In this document: positions 1 to 9,530 of the stretch, piece by piece
How positions within the stretch are numbered: position 1 is the stretch's first letter
How the letters are laid out: every line of letters starts with the position of its first letter
Assembly (NCBI GenBank): GCA_963811165.1
Contig: CAWEQH010000010.1
Span: 1,027,920 to 1,091,919 of the forward strand
Direction of reading: 5' to 3'
Length of the DNA stretch: 64,000 bases
Source of the DNA: an uncultured Nitrospiraceae bacterium
GTDB taxonomy: Bacteria > Nitrospirota > Thermodesulfovibrionia > Thermodesulfovibrionales > UBA6898
Notes under the pieces: model-generated
What the model saw: the letters and a program-made list of their open reading frames with translations, nothing else
What the model was told of the DNA's origin: nothing
Databases searched by the model: none
Position numbers and translations under genes: made by a program

Positions 1-1319
1 GTCCAGGTGAGACCATCGGACGAGGTGAGGATTGTGCCGTTATCGCCAACGGCAATAAAGATCCCATTTCCAAAGGTCATATCATTTAGGCTATGCATAT
101 TTGTAGAATTTCCAGTATTCCACTTTACTCCATCAGACGATGTAAGGAGAGTGTCATTATCACCCAATGCAACAAACAGTCCGCTGCCGTAAGCCACTCG
201 ACGGAGTTTGCTGGTAGTACCAGACAAAACGCTTTTCCAGTCTGTGCCGTCATAAGAATAAAGGATCGTGCCCTTATCTCCTACGGCGACATATGTTCCC
301 TTACCGTAGGCTGCACCGTAAAGGTCATTAATGTTTCCGTCAATTAGAACAGTCCACTTCACCCCATCAGAAGAGATCAGAACTATGCCATTACCTATAG
401 CGACAAACATGCCGTTTTCATAAGCCGCCACGGAAAGGGACTTAGTTGTGCCCGAACTGCTGGTTGTCCAGTTCACGGAATCGGGAGAGGTAAGAATTGT
501 TCCATTATCTCCCACAGCGACAAAAACACCATTACCGTTAGTTATTCCAATGAGTTGATTTGGAGATTCTAATGTCTTTTCAATCCAGGTTACTCCATCA
601 GGGGAGGAGAGTATTTTGACCCCGGGCGAGATGAGGGGTTGGCCACGCCACCCCATAACAACAAATGTCCCATTCCCGTATGTAACATTAGCTTCAGAAA
701 AATGATCAGTGATAGGACCATTGATGTTCCTTTGTGTCCAATTGAGTCCATCCGGTGAAGTAGAAATTCCGCCATTAACGCCTACTGTAACAAAAGTACC
801 GTTTCCGTAGGCCAAATGAACAGCGTCGCGTGCGATCCCGCCAGTTACGGGATTACCTGTTGATATAATGGTCCAGTTTATTCCATCCGGAGAAGTCATG
901 TTCGTGTAGGCCCCGATGGCAACAAAGATTCCGCCTCCGAAGACCACATCATTCAGGTCATCCTTGATTTGGGTATCGATTGCTGTCCAGTTTATCCCAT
1001 CCGTGGAGGTAAGAACTTTGCCCCCGGTGCCTACAGCGGCAAAAGTGCCGGTACCAAAAGCCACTCCGGACAACGGATTAGACAGGTCTGAAACCCTTAC
1101 GGTCCAGTTCATGCCATCAGGCGAAGAAGAGATCGCTCCGCCCACAGCGACAAACATACCATTGCCATAAGTTATTTTTGAAACGAATCCGACCTGAGGT
1201 ATCGGATCTCTCCAAAGCCATCTATCAAGCGGGTCTGCACTTGAATTGCCTGAGAGGAGAAATGACGTAATAATAAGGGTCAGGATTAAGATGCGGTGAA
1301 ATAATTTTTGTGACTTCAT
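1..1319 (-). CDS. secreted beta-propeller repeat protein (Ycf48/BNR-like blades), C-terminus outside window
   Basis: The minus-strand frame is open from the window edge to the ATG at 1317-1319. It is absent from the ORF track because its stop lies outside the window. The N-terminus MKSQKLFHRILILTLIITSFLLSGNSSADP is signal-peptide-like. The rest is a ~45-aa blade motif repeated throughout (GNGMFVAVGG.ISSSPDGMNWT, GTGTFAAVGTGGKVLTSTDGINWT, GNGTFVTVGVNGGISTSPDGLNWT ... FIAVGDNGTILTSSDGLTWT). Confidence 0.6.
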   Translation of the reverse strand, partial: MKSQKLFHRILILTLIITSFLLSGNSSADPLDRWLWRDPIPQVGFVSKITYGNGMFVAVGGAISSSPDGMNWTVRVSDLSNPLSGVAFGTGTFAAVGTGGKVLTSTDGINWTAIDTQIKDDLNDVVFGGGIFVAIGAYTNMTSPDGINWTIISTGNPVTGGIARDAVHLAYGNGTFVTVGVNGGISTSPDGLNWTQRNINGPITDHFSEANVTYGNGTFVVMGWRGQPLISPGVKILSSPDGVTWIEKTLESPNQLIGITNGNGVFVAVGDNGTILTSPDSVNWTTSSSGTTKSLSVAAYENGMFVAIGNGIVLISSDGVKWTVLIDGNINDLYGAAYGKGTYVAVGDKGTILYSYDGTDWKSVLSGTTSKLRRVAYGSGLFVALGDNDTLLTSSDGVKWNTGNSTNMHSLNDMTFGNGIFIAVGDNGTILTSSDGLTW

Positions 1320-1855
1320 GATCCCCTCACTCTTTTCTTAGGATATCTCTCAAACTTTTGAAAGTCAATTACATAAAAAAACAATTAAAAAAACAATCTG
1401 TCAAGATTAGCATTTAATGCCTGTAGACAAATCATATTCGACTGCCGGCATTTTGGCATTGAAATGCTGTAATTCCGTTTGTCGTATATACTTCTCGAAC
1501 TTGGTAATAATTAATAATTTTACGAACAAGGCGGTAATTATGTTCCCTTCCCACGAGCGCATAAGTCTTGATGGAGGTTTTATAGGAAGGCTGCTCGTTT
1601 TGGAACGCAGGCGTTATCATTGGCGGAGAAGCGGTCGGCGTTTGATAGAAGCAAGCTGAGGCCTCAACTTTCTTTTCGAAAACTCGCATCAGGGATAGCG
1701 TCTCCAGGTCGCTCTTTTAGCCACAAGGTCGCAAATCCTGGAGATACCGATGACCTACAATTATGGAATGAAAGAACATATCGCCTCAGGACTTTCGTGC
1801 AATAAGATCATCAAAAGTTTTTTCCATAAAAGTGGTTAGTTACTATTGCTGCATC

Positions 1856-2722
1856 TCACCCTTTCGGCAAAGCATCGATTATCTCGCTCACAGAATCCGA
1901 TTTGTTCATGGTATAAAAATGAAGGAACCTGACCCCGTTACTTATCAGATCTTCGCACTGCTTTACGGCATGATTAATTCCTACCTTCCTCATATCTTCA
2001 GGCTTGTCTATATAAGGGGAGATCTCCACCCTTACATTTTTCGGAATCGTCGCGTTGCAAAAGTTCGCGAATTCCTCAATCTTTCTGCAATCGGTAATTG
2101 GCATTATACCCGGCAGTATCGGAATATTTATCCCTATTTTTTCCGCCCGCTCCATAAACTCATAATAATATCGGTTGTCAAAAAACATCTGAGTAATACC
2201 GAAGTCGGCGCCGGCATCCACTTTCTGTTTTGTATAATCCATGTCCCTAGCAATGTCAGGAGACTCGAAGTGACCTTCCGGATATACGGCAACACCTGTA
2301 GAGAAATAATCATATCCCCTTATGAATTCAACCAGGTCCTTTGCATATCTGAATTCACCTTTGGAGGCGTTGAAGTCGGGTGCGTTTCTCGGCGCATCAC
2401 CACGCAGCGCGAGGATGTTGTCTATGCCGTTTTCTCTGTAATTTTCGAGGAGCGCAGCAACGCTGCTTCTGGTTGCGCCGGTGCAGGTAAGATGGGACAT
2501 TACCGTGAGATCTGTTTCTCCCTTAATCCATCCGAGAGTTTTGGCAGTCCGCTCCTGCGTGCTGCCACCCGCACCGTAGGTCACAGACACATACAGGGGA
2601 TTGTATCTGCTTAGATCAAGGACAACTTTCATGAAGCCTTCTTTACCTTCAACCGATTTCGGCGGAAAGAATTCGAAAGATACCCCGCTTTTTTTCTCAT
2701 TCAGGAGTTCCCTTATTTTCAT
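1856..2722 (-). CDS. metF: methylenetetrahydrofolate reductase
   Basis: 288-aa ORF with MTHFR hallmarks (SFEFFPPK, VTYGAGGST, ILALRGD). GAGGAAACA lies upstream of the ATG. Confidence 0.9.
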   Translation of the reverse strand: MKIRELLNEKKSGVSFEFFPPKSVEGKEGFMKVVLDLSRYNPLYVSVTYGAGGSTQERTAKTLGWIKGETDLTVMSHLTCTGATRSSVAALLENYRENGIDNILALRGDAPRNAPDFNASKGEFRYAKDLVEFIRGYDYFSTGVAVYPEGHFESPDIARDMDYTKQKVDAGADFGITQMFFDNRYYYEFMERAEKIGINIPILPGIMPITDCRKIEEFANFCNATIPKNVRVEISPYIDKPEDMRKVGINHAVKQCEDLISNGVRFLHFYTMNKSDSVSEIIDALPKG

Positions 2723-2896
2723 TGTTTCCTCAAGGTAATTCTATTTTTACCCGTTATTCTCACAAAAAGTTGACATAAAAGTGGGCATGAAAGCTGGGAA
2801 GGTCATTATCTCAACCGCCTCCAAATTATTCAATTTCAAATTCATCGCCTTGTTTTTCTTTCTTATCAAGAATGGGGTAAGCTTATATTTAATTCC

Positions 2897-3241
2897 TTAA
2901 ACTACACCTCCTTCTCCTTTGAGATACCCCACTACTTGGGGATTAGGTTTTGGAAGACCTGCCACCTTCCATGCGGTGAGAGGTTCCATAAACTTTTCGG
3001 TTATGCATTCCTTGGGCTGGTGAACATTCTTACAGATAGAACCGAGAAGCGGGAAAAAGTTATATTTTCTGTAATGATCCCTCAGGAATTTGATAATCTC
3101 CATTCTATCTTGGGTGAGTTCTTCGACTCCCTCATTCTCTGCCAATGCGCACGCCACCTTTTCGTTCCAGTCATCGGGATTTTCGAGATATCCTTCATCA
3201 TCCAGCTTAATCTTTAGATTTGAGTATTCTAAAATAGGCAT
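2897..3241 (-). CDS. DsrC/TusE-family protein lacking both conserved C-terminal cysteines
   Basis: 114 aa. DsrC/TusE-like layout (EGYLENPDDWNEKVA..., IIKFLRDHYRKY, ...WKVAGLPKP). The C-terminus reads AGLPKPNPQVVGYLKGEGGVV instead of the canonical ...C..AGLPKPTGCV arm. Confidence 0.75.
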   Translation of the reverse strand: MPILEYSNLKIKLDDEGYLENPDDWNEKVACALAENEGVEELTQDRMEIIKFLRDHYRKYNFFPLLGSICKNVHQPKECITEKFMEPLTAWKVAGLPKPNPQVVGYLKGEGGVV

Positions 3242-3291
3242 AGAAGCCTCCTTCCTTTGCGGTTGTAAAATTCAGACGACATCGACCTACC

Positions 3292-3552
3292 TCAATTGCT
3301 TTCTCCTTCTTCGAAATATCTGATGAACTGGCCGACCTGCACCCCGAGATATACGCACTTGATATTATTCAGGCAGTCGTCCGCATCCTTCTTCTCGAGA
3401 TGCGTTGTGAGTTCATGTTTGCCTTTCTTGAAATCGAGAATATAGGCATTCTTCTCAGCATTGAAACGAAGACTAAAAGATATCTCGTGCTTTTTGATTT
3501 CAGGATACATCTCCAGAATCTTGGCTCTCAATTGATCGTCCGAATACGCCAT
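3292..3552 (-). CDS. small conserved hypothetical protein (86 aa)
   Basis: ATG at 3552 preceded by GGAAGGAGG. Same strand as, and 50 nt upstream of, the DsrC-like gene. No family recognised. Confidence 0.5.
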   Translation of the reverse strand: MAYSDDQLRAKILEMYPEIKKHEISFSLRFNAEKNAYILDFKKGKHELTTHLEKKDADDCLNNIKCVYLGVQVGQFIRYFEEGESN

Positions 3553-3720
3553 AAGGCCCTCCTTCCACTCTCTTTTTATTTCATGATAGCGCATCCTGAA
3601 ACAAAATCAATCCCTTCATCAGATCATCCGCTCGTTTGACAGGGGCCCCTTCTCGTGATATGTTTTCCTCGTATTGAAAAAAAACCTTGTCAGAAACGCT
3701 GTGGTACCGATGGAGGGACG

Positions 3721-4647
3721 ATGGAGCGAAAGGACGGCATAGGTGGCACCGAGGGCGCAGAGTCACCGCTCGACTGCATTGTCATCGGAGCTGGCCCGGG
3801 TGGCCTGCAGGCTTGCATCTACCTCGGCCGCTACAACTTCCGCGTTATGCTGTTCCACCGGCAAGGCGGACGGACCTACCACGCAAAGCATATCGAGAAC
3901 TACCTCGGCCTTCGCGTTGTTACAGGCCCGGACCTTCTGGAATCCGGCCTTGCCCAGGCAGAAAGCTTCGACGTTGCTATCGAGCGCGTTACGGTGAACC
4001 GCGTTGCGCCCCGGGGAGAGTATTTTGAGGTGCAGGCTGAGGGTAGGACGTATCGCTCCCGTTTCGTCATCGCTGCCTCAGGGGCCAGGGAAACCCTCGC
4101 CCCTCTCAAGAACATAGCGCGCTTCTTCGGTACCTCCTACTTCACCTGCATGATCTGCGACGGCTATCGTACTACCGGCAAGAAGCTGCTTGTCATCGAC
4201 CGCACCGTCAACGGGGTGCGCCTCAGCGTCGGCATGAAGCAGCTGTTCACCAAGGACGTGACTTTCCTTGCTCATGGTTTCTCTCCGGTACAGACGTACG
4301 CATCGCTTCTCAAGGAGGAGGGAATCGGCCTGGTCGAGGGGCGGCCGGAGGAGCTTCTCGGCGAAAAGACCCTCGAGGGGGTGCGGCTCGCCGACGGGCG
4401 CGTCATCCCCTGCGAGGTCATTATGGGGTGGGGGGGGATCTCTCTCAACGACGAGTACCTCGAGGGCCTCCCTCTGGAGCGCGACGCCGAGGGGTTCAAG
4501 ATCGTGACGAGGGGAGCGGGCGAGTCGAGCATCCCCGGTCTCTTCGTAGTCGGCGCTCTCCGCCAGGGCCACTCCCAAGCTATCATCTCTGCTGGCCAGG
4601 GGGCCGAGGCGGCGATCGAAATCAGCACGAGGATCGTCGAGCTCTGA
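3721..4647 (+). CDS. thioredoxin-reductase-like flavoprotein (FAD-dependent pyridine nucleotide-disulfide oxidoreductase), NAD(P)H motif not evident
   Basis: ATG 3721 after GGAGGGA. Carries the IVIGAGPGG FAD motif and the redox-active CMICDG (compare TrxR CATCDG). Where TrxR has the GGGNSA NADPH motif, this protein reads KKLLVIDRTVNGVRLS. The gene is visibly more GC-rich than its neighbours. Confidence 0.75.
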   Translation: MERKDGIGGTEGAESPLDCIVIGAGPGGLQACIYLGRYNFRVMLFHRQGGRTYHAKHIENYLGLRVVTGPDLLESGLAQAESFDVAIERVTVNRVAPRGEYFEVQAEGRTYRSRFVIAASGARETLAPLKNIARFFGTSYFTCMICDGYRTTGKKLLVIDRTVNGVRLSVGMKQLFTKDVTFLAHGFSPVQTYASLLKEEGIGLVEGRPEELLGEKTLEGVRLADGRVIPCEVIMGWGGISLNDEYLEGLPLERDAEGFKIVTRGAGESSIPGLFVVGALRQGHSQAIISAGQGAEAAIEISTRIVEL

Positions 4648-4761
4648 CGGTCCCGATACTTGGGAGAGCTCAGCCGTCGGCTTCGGTCCGTGGCTTCTAC
4701 GGGTCAAAAACGCTCCCCATACACGCGTTTTCCGACAACTTTATGGACAGTACGTTGTGAA

Positions 4762-5337
4762 TCACGGATTTTTGGTGGCTGGCTCAGAACCTCCTGCATC
4801 TTCTACCAAACCTCCATGATTGGTTTCGATCTTCACAGGTCTTGAGAGCGTCAATCCCACAGGCGAGGTGTTTACCACATGCTTATGGAGTTCCCGGAGG
4901 GTTTTTTCGTCCGCACCGGCTTTGATCCTCACCTTTGCCTTGATGGTCTTGAATCCTGGGAGCTTATCCATATGAAGCTTTTCGGGAGGTTCGAGGCCAA
5001 GAAAGCCAGGCAGGTCAATCTCTCCTTCCAGATCGATCTTTATGTCATCAATCCTTATTCCTCTCACCGCGGCGTTCATGGCATATCCTATGCTGAGACA
5101 TGCCCCGTATGCCTGGAGGAGCATCTCCACAGGATTGGCCGCGGTGTTTGTCCCGCAGAGCATCTCAGGCTCATCTGCCATGAGAGTGAATTCCCTCGAA
5201 CACGTCTCGACCTTAAAGCCGCCTTTCCAGGTTGTTGATGCCTTCCATACCGTCCTCCCAACCTCCCAATTCTGTTTCACCGTCTCCACAACCTTCATCA
5301 AATTTTCGGGGTCAAGTCCGTTTATTGCCACTGTCAT
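4762..5337 (-). CDS. OsmC/Ohr-family peroxiredoxin-like protein
   Basis: ATG 5337 after AAAGGGGG. OsmC-like pattern with two Cys (EMLCGTN and AYGACLS). Confidence 0.7.
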   Translation of the reverse strand: MTVAINGLDPENLMKVVETVKQNWEVGRTVWKASTTWKGGFKVETCSREFTLMADEPEMLCGTNTAANPVEMLLQAYGACLSIGYAMNAAVRGIRIDDIKIDLEGEIDLPGFLGLEPPEKLHMDKLPGFKTIKAKVRIKAGADEKTLRELHKHVVNTSPVGLTLSRPVKIETNHGGLVEDAGGSEPATKNP

Positions 5338-5441
5338 AGTCGTTACCCCCTTTAAAAACGTTGGGTTAGTAAAAAATGGGACGAGTCGCGATGACGCTTG
5401 CCCGCTCATACTTGCTCATTGATGTATTTTATCTATATCTG

Positions 5442-5630
5442 TTACTCGCTCCAGCTTATGGCTTGGACGGGACAGACATCAATCGCCTCCTGACAATTGC
5501 ATGTGTGGCATTTATCAGGGCCGATTACCCATGCCTTCTCATCATTCCTTAATTCAAAGACCTCGGGACAAAGCTCAGGACATGAGCCGCACCCTATACA
5601 CGTTTCATAGTCTACTATGGGTATTTTCAT
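5442..5630 (-). CDS. small 4Fe-4S ferredoxin
   Basis: 62 aa, with CIGCGSCPELCP plus C..C.C....CP cysteine clusters. Confidence 0.85.
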   Translation of the reverse strand: MKIPIVDYETCIGCGSCPELCPEVFELRNDEKAWVIGPDKCHTCNCQEAIDVCPVQAISWSE

Positions 5631-5709
5631 GTAAATGTCTCCTTTTCTTTACCAATAATACTTTAAGGTCTGAGCTCAATGCCTTTTAGAGGTCTGCCTT
5701 TCTCACCTC

Positions 5710-6195
5710 TCACCCTCCTATATCTCCTTGAGGAATAGCATCTCCTATCTCATCCAGCTTTTGTCTCAGCCAGCCGGCCTTGTTCTCTATTTCTTCTCTT
5801 TCGGGTTCCCAGCTTGTCGCACATTCGAGTTTCAGTCTCCCGATCCTGTCGTTAAGCTCCTCCATGACCATGTGCAGTTCGTTCACCTCCGCCACCACTT
5901 TCTCCTTGTCACCCGTTGACACACTGTCCAGCTTTTTAACAATGCCCGCGAGCTTCGTTTTCCACCCGGCAAGCTCTATGCTCAAATTGTCGCAGTACCC
6001 CTCTATGTTGCCAACCGGCCTCGCTCTTCTGGTTACACTTTCAAGGAGCCTTCTTGCAACCACTTCATCGCTGTGGAGTTCGGCCCTCGCGTCCCTTTTG
6101 TCAGTCCTGGCTATTAATGTTCTCAGTTCGTTATCAAAACTTTCCAGTGCGTGTTTTAACAACTCTGTTTCTTTTTCATCCAGTTCGAGTACCAT
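5710..6195 (-). CDS. hypothetical coiled-coil protein
   Basis: 161-aa ORF rich in E/K/L heptad-like segments. No family recognised. Tightly packed with flanking minus-strand genes. Confidence 0.45.
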   Translation of the reverse strand: MVLELDEKETELLKHALESFDNELRTLIARTDKRDARAELHSDEVVARRLLESVTRRARPVGNIEGYCDNLSIELAGWKTKLAGIVKKLDSVSTGDKEKVVAEVNELHMVMEELNDRIGRLKLECATSWEPEREEIENKAGWLRQKLDEIGDAIPQGDIGG

Positions 6196-6242
6196 GTCTT
6201 GCCTCCCTTCCCTTTGTGAGGGGTTTAGCCTTTGTTTCTTGT

Positions 6243-6668
6243 TCAGCAGCAGTGTTTTGCAAAGGCCTCTTCGAGGCCGATGAACTGCTGAAACTCGTCC
6301 TTTATCTCTCTTGCCACATCCGCTGAAGATAAGAGACCCACTACCTTGCCGTTTTCCGTAACAGGGAGCCTTCTGACAGTCGCTTGGTTCATTATCCTCA
6401 GGGCGGAATCAAAATCCGCATCTGCACTGATGCATATCGGGTCTGCCGTCATAATCTCATACGCAAAGGTTGTCTTTGGGTCTTTAGAATCTGCAGCTAC
6501 CGCGATAGCTACGTCCCTGTCTGTGACAATCCCCTTAAGCTTCCAGCCCTCTTCAACGACAAGAACCGATCCAATGCGATGCTCTTTCATCTTTTGGGCA
6601 ACTTCAAAAAGAGTGGAAGATGGAAGAACCGTCACCACTTCTTTATTCATTAGCTGTTTTACGGTCAT
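6243..6668 (-). CDS. CBS-domain pair protein
   Basis: ATG 6668 after AAGGAGG. Two CBS repeats (VVTVLPSSTLFEVAQKM..HRIGSVLVV and ..PICISADADFDSALRIMNQATVRRLPV). Confidence 0.8.
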   Translation of the reverse strand: MTVKQLMNKEVVTVLPSSTLFEVAQKMKEHRIGSVLVVEEGWKLKGIVTDRDVAIAVAADSKDPKTTFAYEIMTADPICISADADFDSALRIMNQATVRRLPVTENGKVVGLLSSADVAREIKDEFQQFIGLEEAFAKHCC

Positions 6669-7107
6669 AGTGACCTCCTTCCCAGGCCAAACCCTCACCA
6701 AAAACAAAAAGCCGAACTACCGTTTTTTCCTTCGGCAGCTCGGCCATCTTATTAAAAGATCCGCCGCTTTCCGCACCCTTTTCACAAAGGGGCTGGCTTG
6801 TCGGGACTATTCACTTATACTATTTTATCATTTAACACTACGTCTAAATTGTTAAACTTTCTTATAAATCTTATAAGGCAATAATATATTCCCTCAATTT
6901 CGCCCACATGCGCAGTTTTCACGTGCACCTATGAGTGACGCAAAGACAATATTCGGATGTTAGCAGACTCAATGAAGGGACCATGAGGAACAAGGCGAGA
7001 ACTTCCGTTGATTATAGGAAGGAACTTCCGGTTAAGTAATCTGGTCTTGAAATGCGTTTACAACCCCTGTAATCACGAATAGTGCTCACGACACTTCATG
7101 AAGGAGA

Positions 7108-7149
7108 GATACATACAGTCCCCCATTGAGCCGGGGAGCTGTATGTATC
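7108..7149 (-). terminator. strong hairpin immediately downstream of htrA (candidate terminator)
   Basis: GATACATACAG (7108-7118) pairs with CTGTATGTATC (7139-7149), with additional inner pairing. It lies 28 nt after the htrA stop. The trailing U-tract on the minus strand is poor (TCTCCTT). Confidence 0.4.
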
Positions 7150-7176
7150 GAACTCCTTGTCATCTGATTACCGTTT

Positions 7177-8643
7177 TTACTTTCCTGAAAGCGTAACGTA
7201 GAAGGTCGACCCTTCTCTATATATCAGTAGCAGTATATTCTGGTCCGATCCGATCCTGGAGACCACGTTTTCGAAATCCTTCAGGTTGTTGATACCTTTT
7301 CTGTTTATCTCAATTATCACATCATTGCGCGCCAGAACGCCTCCGGCAGGGCTGCCCTCTTCAATATTCGTTATGATAACACCGGTTATTTGCCCGGGGA
7401 GCCTCAGATTTTTCATGAGATCCGGGGTAAGGTCCTGAACCTGCACCCCCTTCAGGGCGTTGTCGAATTTCCCCGGGAGCTTTTGCATCTCAGCGGGAAG
7501 CTCCGCCACGGTCACTTTTACCTTTTCCTCTTTTCCGTCGTGCACTATCCTGAGGACAACTTCCCTACCGGGAGCGGTATTGGCCACCATGTTCCTGAGG
7601 TTCGCCGGATCTTCCACTTCTTTCCCGTTATATCCGATAATCACGTCGCCCCTTTTGATTCCCGCCTTTTCAGCCGGGCTGTCCTCCGTAACGTCTCCGA
7701 CGAGTACCCCTTTTTGTTCCTTGAGATCGAACTGTTTCGAAAGTTCAGGCGTTATCTGCTGGATCGAAACACCCAACCATCCCCTCACAACCTTGCCGTT
7801 TTTGATCAGGTTTTCCATCACGGTTTTGACCATAGCGCTGGGTATGGCAAACCCTATCCCCTGATATCCGCCTGACGTACTGAAGATCGCGGTATTGATG
7901 CCGACAAGCTCGCCCCTCACATTCACAAGCGCGCCTCCTGAGTTTCCGGGATTGATCGCCGCGTCGGTCTGGATAAAATCCTCGTAGTCGGCGATGCCCA
8001 CATTTGCGCGGCCTGTTGCGCTGACGATACCGGAGGTGACGGTCTGGTTTAACCCAAAGGGATTTCCTATTGCGATTACCGTCTCACCCACTTTCAATGT
8101 ATCCGAATCTCCGATCATCAGTGTCGGGAGGTGGTCTGAGTTTATTTTAATGACGGCGATATCGGTCCTTGCGTCTTTCCCGATTACCTTTCCTTTGAAC
8201 TCCCTGTTGTCCGAGAGCTTCACCTTTATTTCGTCGGCGTCCTTTATCACATGGTAGTTGGTGAGTATATATCCGTCCTTGTCCACAATGACCCCGGACC
8301 CGAGACTCGACTGCTTGTATTCCCTATGTCTTCTCATATTTCCGAATTCTTCTCCAAAAAATCGGTTGAAGAAAGGGTCATTGAAGAATGGGTTTGATGT
8401 TCCGGGCGTTCTTACGGTGTGCGAGGTCGATATATTTACTACCGCGGGCTTTACGGCGGCAACGACTTCCGCCATCGCCTGGCCCGTCCTTGACAGGATA
8501 TCGATTGCATTCTTCGATATCTTCGGCTCCGCCGCATACGCCTTTACATAAAATGAAGAATTCGCTGAGATCACAAGCCCTGCGATCAGTCCGATGATGG
8601 TAAAAGTTGCTGCGATGATAATCGGTCTTTTCTTTCGTTGCAC
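7177..8643 (-). CDS. periplasmic serine endoprotease, DegP/DegQ/HtrA family (two PDZ domains)
   Basis: 488 aa. N-terminal membrane anchor, trypsin-like core (TNYHVIKDAD, DIAVIK, GNSGGAL), followed by two PDZ-like segments. Confidence 0.9.
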   Translation of the reverse strand: MQRKKRPIIIAATFTIIGLIAGLVISANSSFYVKAYAAEPKISKNAIDILSRTGQAMAEVVAAVKPAVVNISTSHTVRTPGTSNPFFNDPFFNRFFGEEFGNMRRHREYKQSSLGSGVIVDKDGYILTNYHVIKDADEIKVKLSDNREFKGKVIGKDARTDIAVIKINSDHLPTLMIGDSDTLKVGETVIAIGNPFGLNQTVTSGIVSATGRANVGIADYEDFIQTDAAINPGNSGGALVNVRGELVGINTAIFSTSGGYQGIGFAIPSAMVKTVMENLIKNGKVVRGWLGVSIQQITPELSKQFDLKEQKGVLVGDVTEDSPAEKAGIKRGDVIIGYNGKEVEDPANLRNMVANTAPGREVVLRIVHDGKEEKVKVTVAELPAEMQKLPGKFDNALKGVQVQDLTPDLMKNLRLPGQITGVIITNIEEGSPAGGVLARNDVIIEINRKGINNLKDFENVVSRIGSDQNILLLIYREGSTFYVTLSGK

Positions 8644-8959
8644 GGTAAGTATCCTCCTTTGACGTTATTCTTAGTAAATCTCAAAATGAAATTATTTGAC
8701 AGGATTATGAAAAAATTATGAAGAGATATATCTACGGCTGGAGAAAAATCAAAGAGAGGGCATGGATCTTACCGCAAAAAAAGATCACCACTTCTTTAGA
8801 CCTAAATGTCTTGACCTCGTCTGCTCGCCTCGCAACGACCCGGCGTCCCCACAGCAAAAAAGGACCTTAAACCCAGACAGCAGAGCCTTTTTGCCAACAG
8901 ACCGCTCCGGCACACTAGTGAGGGCCGGGCTGCGTGCCGGACAAGAGGAATGGCCCCTC

Positions 8960-9187
8960 TTATACCGCCTCGACCGCCTTCAAATCGGGGATGTCTCTTT
9001 TCAGTTCTGCTTCGATGCCGCCCTTAAGAGTCATCATCGACATAGGACAGTGACCGCATGCTCCGGTAAGTTTCACCTTTACCACGTTGTCATCCGTCAC
9101 ATCCACAAGCTGAACATCGCCCCCGTCCCGCTGGAGAAAGGGCCTTACTCTCTCGATAACTTCCTGCACCTTTGTTTTGTCGATCAT
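8960..9187 (-). CDS. NifU C-terminal-domain (Nfu-type) Fe-S cluster carrier
   Basis: 75 aa, with RPFLQRDGGDVQLV and GACGHCPMS motifs. Confidence 0.85.
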   Translation of the reverse strand: MIDKTKVQEVIERVRPFLQRDGGDVQLVDVTDDNVVKVKLTGACGHCPMSMMTLKGGIEAELKRDIPDLKAVEAV

Positions 9188-9530
9188 ATCCGACCTCCCT
9201 TATCGATAATCAATCTATACACTATTTTAACCTATTTCTGCGGCGCATTTAATATTACTTGTCAACTAAAAACATTAAACCTGTTCTTTCCCGCAAGCGA
9301 AGCGCGTCGGGAATCCAACCCCCCTCTACCCCCCTTATCAAGGGGGAGGGGCGGATCCTCCCCTGATGAGGGGAGGCAGGGAGGGGTTATCGGACAAGAC
9401 ATAATGACAGCCAGCAAGACTTTCATCTATAATTTATAAGAGAAAACGAGGAGGGGATAATGATGACTTTTTTGCGGGAGGTAGGAGTACTTTGGACGGT
9501 CGCGTATGGGCGGGCGTTTGGCGGCTGCAG

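Noticed and set aside
1417-1805. Several 60-85-aa ORFs in the 535-bp gap between the propeller gene and metF
   Set aside because: They are mutually overlapping, lack RBSs and have no recognisable motifs. I treat the region as non-coding promoter/terminator space.
3687-4760. Cluster of overlapping ORFs (3687-4028, 3743-3997, 3900-4115, 4078-4707, 4272-4628, 4428-4760) around the TrxR-like gene
   Set aside because: All are Arg/Pro/Gly/Ser-rich and overlap a gene with FAD and CxxC motifs. They are a by-product of locally high GC.
8762-9439. 225-aa plus-strand ORF spanning the nfu gene and the flanking intergenic hairpins
   Set aside because: It is antisense to the well-supported Nfu ORF. It runs through the poly-C/poly-G hairpins and has no RBS or motifs.
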